From NCBI GenBank assembly GCA_002269645.1, contig NIVC01001141.1, positions 1 through 64,000 of the forward strand: a DNA stretch of 64,000 nucleotides. The letters are read 5' to 3'. The notes under the pieces were generated by a model that worked only from the letters and a program-made list of their open reading frames with translations, made no database searches and had not been told where the DNA came from. Each line of letters opens with the position of its first letter. Position 1 is the first letter of the stretch. This stretch comes from Macrostomum lignano. Taxonomy: Eukaryota. This document shows positions 11,263-23,620 of this stretch, one piece after another. Both the position numbers and the translations under genes were made by a program.

Positions 11263-12988
11263 CCTCCATTTCTCTTAGGCTCTTTTGTGAGCCTGGAGTG
11301 AAATGGGTGTTAGCCATCCACCCCTCGCGCTGTACATTGTGCCGCCTTTGTGCGCCGTCTTCTCTACCCCCCGTGGGGTGGGGGAGGGGTTTGCTCACCC
11401 GCTTATTTATATGCACGCCGCTCTCTGTGCCCGTCGCTTGCTTTGGCTTTGAAGCTCAAATTTTTTTTAAACACATTTTTTTCTTTTAATCTCGTTTGCC
11501 TGCAAAATAAACTTATCGTTACTACGGGGTCGCTTTTCCCACCTCTCGCGCTGCTTCGGGCCATAGACCTTTGCCTGCCTGCTGCCTGCCTCCTCTCATT
11601 TGCTGTTGTGGTGTGATTGGTTAATGGGTATAAAGTACTCGAATCAAACACGCATCAAGTGTGTGGGTCAGCTTCTGGAAGACCCAATGGCATGATGCAA
11701 GCCCATCTAACAGATACGGTTTTGTGCGCATGTTGAGGTTACCATGGGACCCACCGGCGGGGTTGGTCCTCAGACGGTTGCGCATCGTCATGCGTTGCCT
11801 TTGAGTGCGTTTGAATGAGAACAGCTTAGGCCTCTTACTCGGAGTTCGAGTTCTCGAGGCCACCAGAGCAGGTATCCTCGCTCTAAAGTAAACTTAAAAG
11901 TCTCTGCATCACTTAAGTTAATACGTGAATGAAAAATACGGGTTTTATGAAATACAAAGAGTTTAAATTAAGCCTGTGCGAGAATTTGGCATTAAGTTTC
12001 CTATTATATTTGGTAGTCCTACACCAAGCAAATTTCATAAAACCGAATTCGGCTATCTAAATCTTTTCTGGCCAATACTTGACAAAAGTCTTAAATAAAT
12101 TTACTTATCGCTTATTGAAAGAAAATTTTACCGAGGAATCAATCGCTGGGGAGAAAATAGTTTAGTAGGACGCAGAGTAATATATTCTCGCGATTTACTA
12201 TGCTCGTATTCTCATCATTTCGCGAGTACGCACGCGCGCACAGCGAAACATCAGCTACGAGCATAAATCGGAGTATTATATCGGGCGTACACCACAATAG
12301 GCGTGAATAAAAACATAAGGAGAGCAAAAGATTCAGACAGAATCAGATGGCTTTGTTAATAAAGGCTGTTATAGCGAATCAGATTAATAATGCAGAACAA
12401 AATGGAGCAGTGTCGGAATTGCTGGGGAGATGGGACGATAAGCAAATTCTCTTAGGTGCAACCAAGGACAAGCTAAGAAGGACGCAACACTCACAAAATG
12501 CGTAAGACAATTTGAAGGAGACAATTCAAGTTCAAATTAAAGTAAAAAAGCCAAAACCATAGAATCACCTGTATTAATGCATATTAATGAATACGAAATT
12601 GCCTGTCTGCAAAATTTCAGTTTTGACTGCAAACTAGAAAACTATCTGCACTTATATGCTCGCTAAATCCCACCTTCAAAAACATTTACAATTCGTGAGT
12701 GTTGCGACCTCCTTGACGAAATTTTCTAGTGGCCCTTGTGTGGAAAAGTTCAGACAAAGAATTTCTAAAAAAGCATACTAGTATTACTAGACAAAGATTT
12801 GACATGGTTATATGTCCAACAATATCAGGAAAGAAATCAGACTGTAAGTTAAGGAACGCTGGCCGAAAATGACCAGATCTGAAAAATACCAATTAATTCA
12901 ACGGTGCCGGTGGCTACACATTGGTTTGTAGAAAAATTTATAATAGCTATAGTAATCTCCGATATGCTAAAAAGGAATTGTCTCGATT

Positions 12989-13727
<739 letters not shown>

Positions 13728-13898
13728 ATTTTTCACAGCAGATGTAAAAACTACGAGTCAAATAAGTTGAACCTGGGAATTAGTTTTTTTTCGAATACTT
13801 TTCCACTTGTATAATAAATCCAGAAAATCTCATGGAATTGTGCTTCAACAGATAGCTATAGTTGAACTCTGTTGCTGCTGAAAAAGTGAGGGCCCAAC

Positions 13899-16800
13899 TT
13901 AGGCAAGGAAGGCGTGCTCCAGGAGGTCGGTGGTATCCATCCTCGCCTCGGGTTCCTTTACAACGCAGCAGCGGTAGAAGTTGCGCAGCTCATTGGACAC
14001 TTTTGCTGAAATGTCGGGCATCTCGTACTTGTGGAAGTAGCGCGGGATCTGCATTGGCAGCAGGTGGCTGTTCGGCGGCTTGCCTTCTGCCATCTCAAAA
14101 ACGGTGCAGCCGAAGGCCCACACATCGGACTGGGGCGTGTACTGGGCGTTGCCCTCCGCGCTGTGCAGCTCTGGCGCCATGAAGTAGGGAGTGCCGCACT
14201 GGTTCATGCTGATGTAAGCAATTTTCGATGTGGTGATTTCTTTAGCTAGGCCGAAGTCGATCAGCTTGACAATGCCCTCATGAGTGAGCATTACATTGGA
14301 ACACTTAATGTCCCGGTGCAGGATGGCCGGCCTCCGTCTGTGCAGGAAGTTGAGGGCCGCGCAAATCTGTGAAGGGAACCAATATTTGCTGATTTGATGT
14401 GTTTTCATAAAAATAATTTTGTTATTTCATGCTACTAATATTGCTACTCAGGTGCAGCATTACCTGCTGAGAAAACTTCTTTATTCCGGACTCCTCAAAC
14501 GGCTTCCTCTGCCGTTTCATCAAATCAAAGAGGCTGATTCCGGCGATGAGTTCAGTGAAGATGCAGAACTGACCACTGTCATCGAGCTCGGATTTTAGGA
14601 ACACAACGATATTCGGATGTCGGACGGTCTTCAAAATTTCTATACCTTTCCTTTCCTGCTCGATTGCTCTTTTGTACCTCTTGGGATCGTTGCCCTTCAT
14701 TGTGACAATCTTTACAGCCACGAACTGGTGCTTATCTGTGTAGGCCTTGTAAACCTTGCCAAAGCCACCCTCTCCGATGGGCCTCTTCTTGTTGTCATCG
14801 TCACAGATGATGTCCCACTTTGTGAAGTTGGGGTCGAGATAATGTGCGGCGGGTTCGGACGCAGCCCTAGCGCCAGCCCCAGCCCCAGCCCCAGCTGCAG
14901 CTTTGGGCCTCTCGGCATTTCGCAGAAACCTGTGCTTCAGAAGCTCAGTTGAGGTAAACCTCTGCTCGGGATTCTTCGCCACACAGTGACGGTAAAATTC
15001 GCGCATGTCAGAAGAATATTTTTTTGATGGCAGAGGCATTTCCTGCATTTCCTTGAGCACATTGGGAATCTGCTGTTCCCGCTTGTCTCTGTTTGGAGGC
15101 TCGCCTTCTGCCATTTCGAAGATAGTGCACCCAAACGCCCAGATGTCCGTCTTGGGTGTGTAGGAAACATGCGCCTGACTGCTGAACAGTTCAGGAGCAA
15201 GGTAATACCAGGTGCCGCACTGGCTCTCAGTCACTGCTGCGATTGTTGAAGTGACGATCTCTTTAGCGAGTCCGAAATCAATCAACTTGATTACATCCCG
15301 CTTTGTCAACATAATGTTGGAGCATTTGATGTCCCTGTGCAGAATTGCAGGCTTGCGTGTATGCAGAAAATCCAGCGTTGAACAAATCTGAAGAAGCATG
15401 TCAAGCGTGATTAATCAGTTCTGTGATTTATTCAACATCAACATCACCATCAAAAATATAAATCTACATATTTACCTGGGAAGCATAGCTTCTGATTTCC
15501 GACTCTTCAAAAGACTGCCGATCCTTCAAGTGGTCAGCCAGACTCATGCCGTCAATCAACTCAGTGAAGACGTATACGGCTCCATCCTTCTGTTCGGACT
15601 TTAAAAAGATGGCTATATTTTGGTGACGAATGGCCTTCAAAACTTCAACGGCTTTCATCTCCAAGTCGATGGCTTTCTGAACGACTCTATCGTTCTTGGC
15701 ACCCTTGAGCTTGGTTACTTTCACTGCAATTGTTTGGCCCTTGTTTGTGCGCGCCTCGTAGACCCTGCCGAAGTTCCCTTCGCCGATCAACTTTTTCTTA
15801 CGTCTCTCATCATAGATGTAGTCCCAGTCTGTAAATGTGGCGTCCAGATGATCCTCTGTGGACCTAGAAATGCGATTGTTGGATATCATTGAATACATAA
15901 CACCGGTGAACATAATTTTAAAGGCATAAAAAAGCAAAAAATTACTCCTGTCTCTGATTGGCGCCGCCAGGTCTTCTACTTGGACTTGGCTTTTCGCGGG
16001 AACCAGATTTCTGCAGAACCTTCAGGAGCTCTTCGTGATTGCGCTTCTTTGCGATATCCACAGCGTTCTCCCCTTTCTGGTTCGGCTTGCCCACACTGCA
16101 GCCGCGGCTCATGAGAAATCGCACTGTCTCGGGGCTCGCGTCCGCCTTCACAGCCCGCATCAATGGCGTGTTGCCATCGGTGTCCGGAGTATCCAGAGGA
16201 GCACCCACTTTAGCTAGGAACTCAAGAAGCTCTATGTTGTCCTCTTTTGCTGCGTACCAAGCCAGAGTCTTGCCGTTGTCATCCTTCACGGAGATGTTGC
16301 ACCCTTTTCCGTGTAGGTATTGAACCATATCAACGGAGCTCTTCTGTGCCGCGCATAAAATGGCGGTCTCATTTATTTTGTTCGGCAAATCCAGTTTAGC
16401 TCCAGACTCTCCCAAAGCCATCAGGATCACAAAATGTCCGTTGTAGGCAGCCCTCAAAGCAGGAGACACACCGCGCTTGTTCTGATGATTCAGATCGCTT
16501 CCTTCGGAGATCAGAAAGCCGACCGATTCTTCAGGACCCACCTGGCAGGCACCAAGGAGTGCGGTTTCACCATTCTTCTTGTTGACCTGCTTCATTGACA
16601 AGCCCATTGCGCGTAGCTCTTTAAGCATGTCGACCTGCTGGTTTGAAGCCGCAATCATGGCGAAGTCATAGCCGTTGAACTCGATGTGATCAATCCGAGC
16701 TCCTGCATCAATGAGCATGTGGAAGATGGGCAAAGAGCCCTGCTTGATTGCGCACTCTAGTGGCGTTGTTCCCTCCTCGTCTGCCTGGTTGACATTCGCG

Positions 16801-17699
16801 TTACTGCGAATTAACAGCCGCACAATGTCGTCGTGCCCGTTGTTCACTGCCGAAAAAATCGGAGTTCGACCAGTGATGCTCGTGTGGTTTATGTTGCAGC
16901 GCTTCTCCAGTAAGAAATTTACGACTTCAAAGTGATCGTTTTGAGCAGCGCAAAACAGTGGCGTGTGTCCACGATCGTCCGTGAGCTCAAAGTCAGCCTT
17001 GTACTTGTTCAGCAGAAGCATAATGTCCAGGTGCCCATTTAGAGCGGCAATAAACGCCATTGTGCGGCTCTGGGCGAGCTTATGGTTGCAGGCTTTGCGG
17101 TCCGGGTGATTCTTCAACCAGAAGTCGATAATTCTTACGTTACCTTCCTGCGCAGCGGTCATGAGGGTCTTCTCGTGCACCACCGAGTCGAATTGCAGGC
17201 AGCGCCTGACGTTCTCCAGTGTTGTGACGATAACAAGACTCCTCTTCATCAGACCGATATCCGCTGCTGTGTGGCCCTTGTTGTTGATGTGAGCCACATT
17301 GGCCCCCTTCTCAATAAGAAGTTCGACCGGCTCCTGCTTTTTGTTGATGACGGCGGATATGAGTGGCGTATCACCATCTTCGTCTGTGGCATCGATTTCC
17401 GCTCCTCGTCTTAGCAGCTCCCTGATCACATCCGTGTGTCCTTCATGTGCTGCAAGGTGCAGTGCGGTAAGACTCTTTTTGCCTCGAGCGCTTGGGTCGC
17501 CGCCGCCATCCATGAAGGACAGGCACCGCCGACGATCACCGGAGGCAGCCGCCTTCAGAAAGGATTTAACTGCTGGTGGAGTCGGATCTTCGCTGCTGCT
17601 GGTGGAACTGGCATCTTTCCGCTTTTTTTGAACTCCCTCCATGAGCTCCTCCAGATGCTCCCGGAGCATTCGTTCGAAATCCTGTAGTGGTGGGGGTCT
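13899..17699 (-). CDS. Ankyrin-repeat protein (about 15 repeats) with two tandem STE/MAP3K-like Ser/Thr kinase domains
   Basis: Exons 17699-15946, 15863-15476, 15387-14464 and 14366-13899 join in frame through GT-AG introns (3534 nt including the stop). Ankyrin consensus G.TPL..A...G...IV..LL..GA is repeated. Kinase 1: [30 protein letters not shown]. Kinase 2: [48 protein letters not shown]. Confidence 0.92.
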
Positions 17700-19343
17700 C
17701 TGAAAGAGAAGGGGCAGCTGTCGTACATGAAAATATTTACACGTAGCTTTTTATGCAGTCTTACATATGATTTATACAAAATTTTTAACCAAATGATTTG
17801 GTACCTTGTTAAAAAATCAAGGTTTCAACTAGATTACTTACACTTGACATGCTTCGGCAAGCAGTGTGTCAAATTTAAATACCCACAGAGTAAGCTGATC
17901 TCCTACGAGCTTATAATTAATTGTGGATAAGAATTTTTACAGTTAAACGAACGTAATGCTTTTTTTGCCAATCAGTTGAATGCGACACACTATAAATCCA
18001 AGCTTTGTACAGAGACAGCATCCCCCGCCCTCAGTCAGAGAGGACAGAAAAAATACTCATGCCCAGTACAGTATGCGATATGCCTGTGTACGTACACCTC
18101 CGAATGTACTGGCATGGCGCTACGCTCGTATTTGCGCTTTCTGCGTCGCAGTAAAAAAGTTTGCTTTGATGCGAATAGGCAAGCAAAATAAGGTACTTTA
18201 AATTGATAACCCGCGGGGTACGTACGTCTGCTGTACTGCGCGCAGTCAGTAGCGACTGCATTACATCTCTGCACTACCAGCATTACCATACCAGCTTGGA
18301 TATTTTACACTTCTATTTGTTTTATACAGAGACGAAAATATAATTTCCTTTCCATCCAAGATAAGAAAGCAAAAGCAAAGCTGATTCTAATATTTTTACT
18401 TTGATATTCATGTAGTACCTTGTAGCCGCGAGAGCAACGTGCAAGCAGACCCGGACACGCCCTGTCTTGCAAATCCGTGCTGCTTTTTAGACGATACGGA
18501 TGCAAAAAATTTTTTATTAACTACAGACTGAACAGATTGAGGGAATTTTTTTGTTTTTTTGCTTTACCTGACTGTAAATATTTTACCCCATGCACAACCC
18601 TAAAGAAACTTTTCCCAGAGACATTACTTAGTTAATCTTACGATCTTAAATGAGGTATTAAAAATACACAACATGCAACAACACCTATCCAGTGCAGCAT
18701 CTAATTAAGTAGCGGGGAGGCGTGACGCTTTGAGACAGCGATATGGCGGTGAAGCTGCATGTGACTTGATCTGTTGGCCCGATAGGTATTCGGTGGTCTG
18801 TGAGCTATAGCTGTTTCTGTTAGCGGCAGGCTTTCGGATACGGGTTCGGAAGGTTTGAACTAATTCCGAAGACCAAAAGCAGCAAAAACCTCCAAAACCA
18901 ACAAAAGGTAACAGCTCGAAATGCACTATTATATATATTACATCGCCACGAGTAAAATCTGCTTGCGGGTTGCGGCCGTCAGCTAATATTATCGACAGGA
19001 AATAGAAGCCCCCAATGTTTAACATAAAACAGAGCAAGACGGTCTTTGACCACGAGACACGCTCGCTGTCACCGCAAACTGCTTCGGGAAGTACATGTAC
19101 ACGTACTCGTAAATTTACGATCATGGAAATAGAAGTTCTATACAGTGTACATACATGTACATGTTTAAATGATTTGTCCAGTGTTCACGTACAGCTCACT
19201 TCACAACAAATGTCTTTTAATTTAATCCAGTTGTTTTTATTCCGTTGCTAATCCTGATGCGTCCCTATTGCATTTAATGTGTCGCATTATCTCCTCTCCT
19301 GCATCTTAGAATTTTTGAGAATTTCTAAATTTATGAGACTTAC

Positions 19344-19361
19344 CTTTTCCACTTTGGACAT
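19344..19361 (-). CDS. Candidate first coding micro-exon (MSKVEK) of the ankyrin-dual-kinase gene
   Basis: ATG TCC AAA GTG GAA AAG|GTAAGT is a strong phase-0 donor that would join the phase-0 acceptor at 17699 ([12 protein letters not shown]). Alternatively translation starts at the ATG at 17669. Confidence 0.4.
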
Positions 19362-22291
19362 GCATTTTGGGGCCAACTTTCAGCCTGCACGAAGTCCCAG
19401 AAATAGTAGCCGCTGATTAATTTTTCAACAAAAGTAAAAAACTGAAAGCCAAATGGCTTCATTTTCCCAAAAAATTGATTTGTTGTTTTTTAAAGAGAAA
19501 TTCAGGTTTGCGCGCAGATTTCTTAGAATCATTTGCTAAATAATTCATTCATGGCTTTATGGCTCTTGTCGGATCTACGTCCTAAGCATTTTTATCACTT
19601 TAATTTTTCTTTCATGATAAAAGAAGCCCCATTATAGGAAAACATTATTTTTGATCCTTTGAGTCCATTTAGTTACATAGGTTGAAACTCACCACTTAGT
19701 GTCAGCCTGTCAGGTAGGCCTGCTAGTGCAGTGTAGTGTATATCAGTATATGGATTAATGAATAGGGCTTAGAGATTTAGCCAGAGCAGTACAGTAGGAA
19801 GATCCTTTTGGGGATTGATTTGATCTATTTGATCAATGGATATGAGGATATGATGGATATAAACTATCTATGGTAGTTTTAGTATCTAAGCACTTAGCTA
19901 ATGAGAAAAAAGACTAGGCCTAGGCAAAGTTAAGCATACATATAAATTTAATATCTATTTTACCTTTATTTAAGTTTTAACTAAGCAATTGCTAGTTATA
20001 GACCCATTCAAAAATCTATACTGAATAAACAAATTAAAAAGGGTCTAAAATTGTTTTACTTATATAAAATAATAAAATATGTTCAATAGGTCCCTATTTA
20101 AAACATTTTAGCTGTGGCAATTGCTAAATAGTAACATTGCTATTCTAGTTCCACCAGTGAACGAGCTGAGCCCGGCGCCGCCAAAGGCCAAAGGCGGCAT
20201 CGGGCGAGAGCAAGAGAACCCGAGGCCCCATCAGGGGCTGAGGGCGAGTGAATAATTTCTACCCATGGCGGCCGAAGGCCGACATGGGCTAGAAAGTATT
20301 TACAAGTAAATAAGTTAGACTCTAATGCATTTTGAAATTTCACGTTTTTCTGCCAAAAAATGCTCCTGTTTTGCAACCACTGCACCAATTGAGTTGAGTG
20401 AGGTGTCGATCGATAGAAAACTTTTAGATCTATCGAATGAATGTACTTTTAAATGCAGAGATTTTTTAAATGAGCCGTAAAATAACTGGAAAGACAATTT
20501 TTTCAAAAGTGCTTCTAGGAGATCTCAAAATTCTGGTACACCTTACGAGATACAGCTTCGCCATCTGAGAATCAAAGTTGTAAAACTAAATTTCCTACAA
20601 AATGGTATATGGCGCTTTGATTTATTTTGGTATCTTTATGTAGTTTTGGTGGGTTTTTTGGGTAAAAAAATGACCCTCATTTTATTATTTCCCCACTTTT
20701 TCCTACGAACCTTTTTAGGTTTCGGCTTCAAAGCAGTGCATTTGGATGCGCAATGCAAATATCTACAAGTGTCTAAAGTTTTGCTTTCCTACGCTTCTAC
20801 AGTGCTGAGAAAATTGACAAAAATCAATTTTTCAAAAAATCACATGACTTTCGCATTATTGCTCATTATAATTTTGAGAACATGGTGCGAATAAGCCAAT
20901 ATCGAATTTCTATAGCATAGTTGCTGTACTATATTGGTGTAAATTGCTGCCGTCTGCTTTCACTGCTTTCGGATTGAAAAATCGATCAGAAATCGATAAT
21001 TTGTGATTTTTGGCTGATTGAGTGCCAGAAAATGGGTGATTAAAATTTTAAAAGAATGCTAGATCAAATGTGGATACTGCAACGAATTGTACTAATGTCT
21101 GGCTAAAATTGACCAAGTTTTTGAGTGTCTGCAACAAGTGCTCATGTGTCAAAAGTGATTCGAAATCGATCAGAGTAGTGATTTTTTAATATTTTGCTTG
21201 AAATCAGGCAAAAAAACGCAATAAGATGGCATTATTTTTATGACGGCTGATTTCCCAAAAAACGAGGTATATTTGTGTGCAATTTCTAGAGATTCGGTTT
21301 ATTTAGTAAAAAATTATCGATAAAAAACTGAAAACTTGACTTTTTACTTTCATGTTAGTTCCGGGGCTATTTAAACTGGAAATGGTAGGAATTTTGCACT
21401 GAAACCAATGCACAGTGTTCCATATAGTTAATTTAACAAATTTCTTGAATTTCATAACCATTCAATGTTTTTTCATGTAAAAAATGCCTTTTTTGCATCG
21501 AAATTCATCACATTAAGCTGCATACCGCTTTGCATAATCTGCATTTGCATGTGATTGCTTGCATGGCTTTGGCATTGGGCTAATTAAGCTGGTTAGAAAG
21601 GAAGGAAAGGAAAGGAAAGGAAGGAATAATCGTACATACAATGTACACACCCGTCCCTTCCAAGTGGGGTTGTGGCAACGCGAGAGGGCTTGGCAGCTTG
21701 GTTTGGAGGGCGTGTAATAGAGCTTCATTTGACTCGCACACAGACCAAGGGAAATTAGATCAATAAACGGGCGTCACGTGATTAGAATTTCGTATTAAAT
21801 TTAGCTCTTTAACTGCACATTTGAATTGCAAGCCCAGTACAAAGTTTGTCAGGCGCAAGATCCAAGTCACTACGTGTACAATCCTCCCCCCGACTAAAAA
21901 GTCAGGCGATACGGCTTCTGAAGTAGGAATGTACAGTGTTTTGGAAAGACTTTATTTATAGCTTTCTTTGCAAAATATAACCCTGCTACGCTCTGGAGTC
22001 ATTAGAAATTTTTTTATATCGAGGCCTTCTAAAGCCTATTATAGAAGACTCGATTCCAGCTCATGGCTGTGGGTCAGATGAGAGAGAAAGAGAATAGAGA
22101 AGAGATAAGACTAAAGAGAAGATAAGAGATAAAACGAGAGATAGAAGCGAGAGGAGAGGAGAGGGGAGACTAGAGAGAGATTAGAGTGGAGAGAAACAGA
22201 ACAGACAAAGAGAGAAAATGGGAGAAGTAGAGATTTACATTTTTATTGAGCTTCTCAAAGTTCTTTTTCATCGGTACAAAACTAGGTTTAT

Positions 22292-22370
22292 CAAGTAGTA
22301 TGAAGACCCACGTCTAAAAAGAAGCCCGTTCACTGGTGGCAAAAAGACGTGTGCGTCTTCATACTACTTG
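22292..22370. repeat. Short inverted repeat (MITE-like hairpin)
   Basis: CAAGTAGTATGAAGAC(C)CACGTCT ... AGACGTG(TGC)GTCTTCATACTACTTG, with TAT on both flanks. Confidence 0.55.
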
Positions 22371-23453
22371 TATTTATATTAGGCCTATATTGTTACATAG
22401 ACCTAACTAATTAAAAAAATTATTGACATTTTTTAAATTAAGACCAACATTCTTATATCTGTCAATGCCTATATTTTAAATCAATTTTATTATATAATAC
22501 CCAATGGAAAATAGTGAGAATTGAAATAAACATAGTTGTGATTGCAAAAATTTTATAGGTCTAATCAAAGCTTATTAGAGCACAATCCTTATATTTACAT
22601 TTGTTATATGATAGGCCGTAGGCCTACCCTAAATGGATAGATAATTTGTTAATAAAATATTATTAGACAAAAGTGAGAAAGAACTGGATATAGGCATATT
22701 ATAAGAATCTTATAATTGTAATATTGAGCTGTCTAATTCTTTTATTATTCTTCCTTATTTTCATTTTGGTAACCTTTTTCACTTTTGTTTTATAATGCAT
22801 TATTAACAAATTATTTATTTAGGGTATATACTATAAAAATAAATATAAAAAGAACATGATTGTGTTCTATTAAGCCTAGGATAGAATTCTTGCACAAAAG
22901 TTGTTACACATTTGTGCGCACTTGTCAAATTTGTGCACGCTTGCGTGCTAAAAAGGAGCCTACTTGCGCACTCTTAAAGAAGTGTGTGCGTGCTCCATTG
23001 TATGTGCTTGCACAAGAAGCTGTTTGCCACAGAATCACAGATAGGAATTGACTTTTACATGCATTCAACATGGTTATGTGCCATGTGGCATATGCGTGCT
23101 CAAGTTTTCCTACTTTTCATAGTCTAGAAGGTTGTTTTTACACTGAAAAATATCAAAAAAAAGTAAAACAAAGAGTTTTTAGCAAAAATAGTTACTTTAA
23201 AGTTTAGTAAAACTCTTACAATTTTTACAGAATATTTTCTCTAAAAAATATAGTGTTCAAGCTACTTTAAACTTGAAGTACAATTTTTTAATTTACATTG
23301 ACATAGAATTAAAAAACTAGAAAAATGAAATTTCATTTTTTGTGCATGGGCCATGTTCCGCATTATGACTTATTTTTATAGCTGGTATGCGCGCTGCTTC
23401 AAAAATGTGCACGCGCGTTTTCCTACCCCAAGCAAGAATTCCATCCTGGTATT

Positions 23454-23620
23454 CAGTGGCGCAACCAGGGGGAGGGGGGGCGGGGGACCAAAAAAAATCA
23501 AAGGGGGGACCAAGCGAATTTTTGCCAAAAACAAAGCCACTCTTCCGCTGCCCCCCCTCCCAGGACTTTGCCCTCAGAATCCACCCCCCCCCCCTTAAAA
23601 AATTTCTGGTTGCACTACTG
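23454..23620. mobile_element. 167-bp non-autonomous hAT-type MITE
   Basis: TIRs CAGTGGCGCAACCAG / CTGGTTGCACTACTG. Perfect 8-bp TSD CTGGTATT at 23446-23453 and 23621-23628. Confidence 0.85.

Larger units (their letters stand above)
7920..11626 (+). mobile_element. Tyrosine-recombinase (DIRS-order, Ngaro/PAT-type) retrotransposon with split direct repeats; internally deleted
   Basis: Layout A1(7920-8046)-gag remnant-RT/RNaseH-YR-B1(11167-11262)-A2(11261-11386)-about 140 bp-B2(11526-11626). No target-site duplication. No methyltransferase ORF seen. Confidence 0.92.

Noticed and set aside
7757-11863. A minus-strand ORF of about 133 aa is restored when the YR element is excised in silico
   Set aside because: It has a non-ATG start and no recognisable motif, and the length is compatible with chance. 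It is only weakly supportive of the empty-site junction.
17299-17631. Antisense ORFs over the ankyrin, kinase, ACSL, ZER1 and P450 coding regions
   Set aside because: Shadow ORFs of GC-rich coding sequence on the opposite strand.
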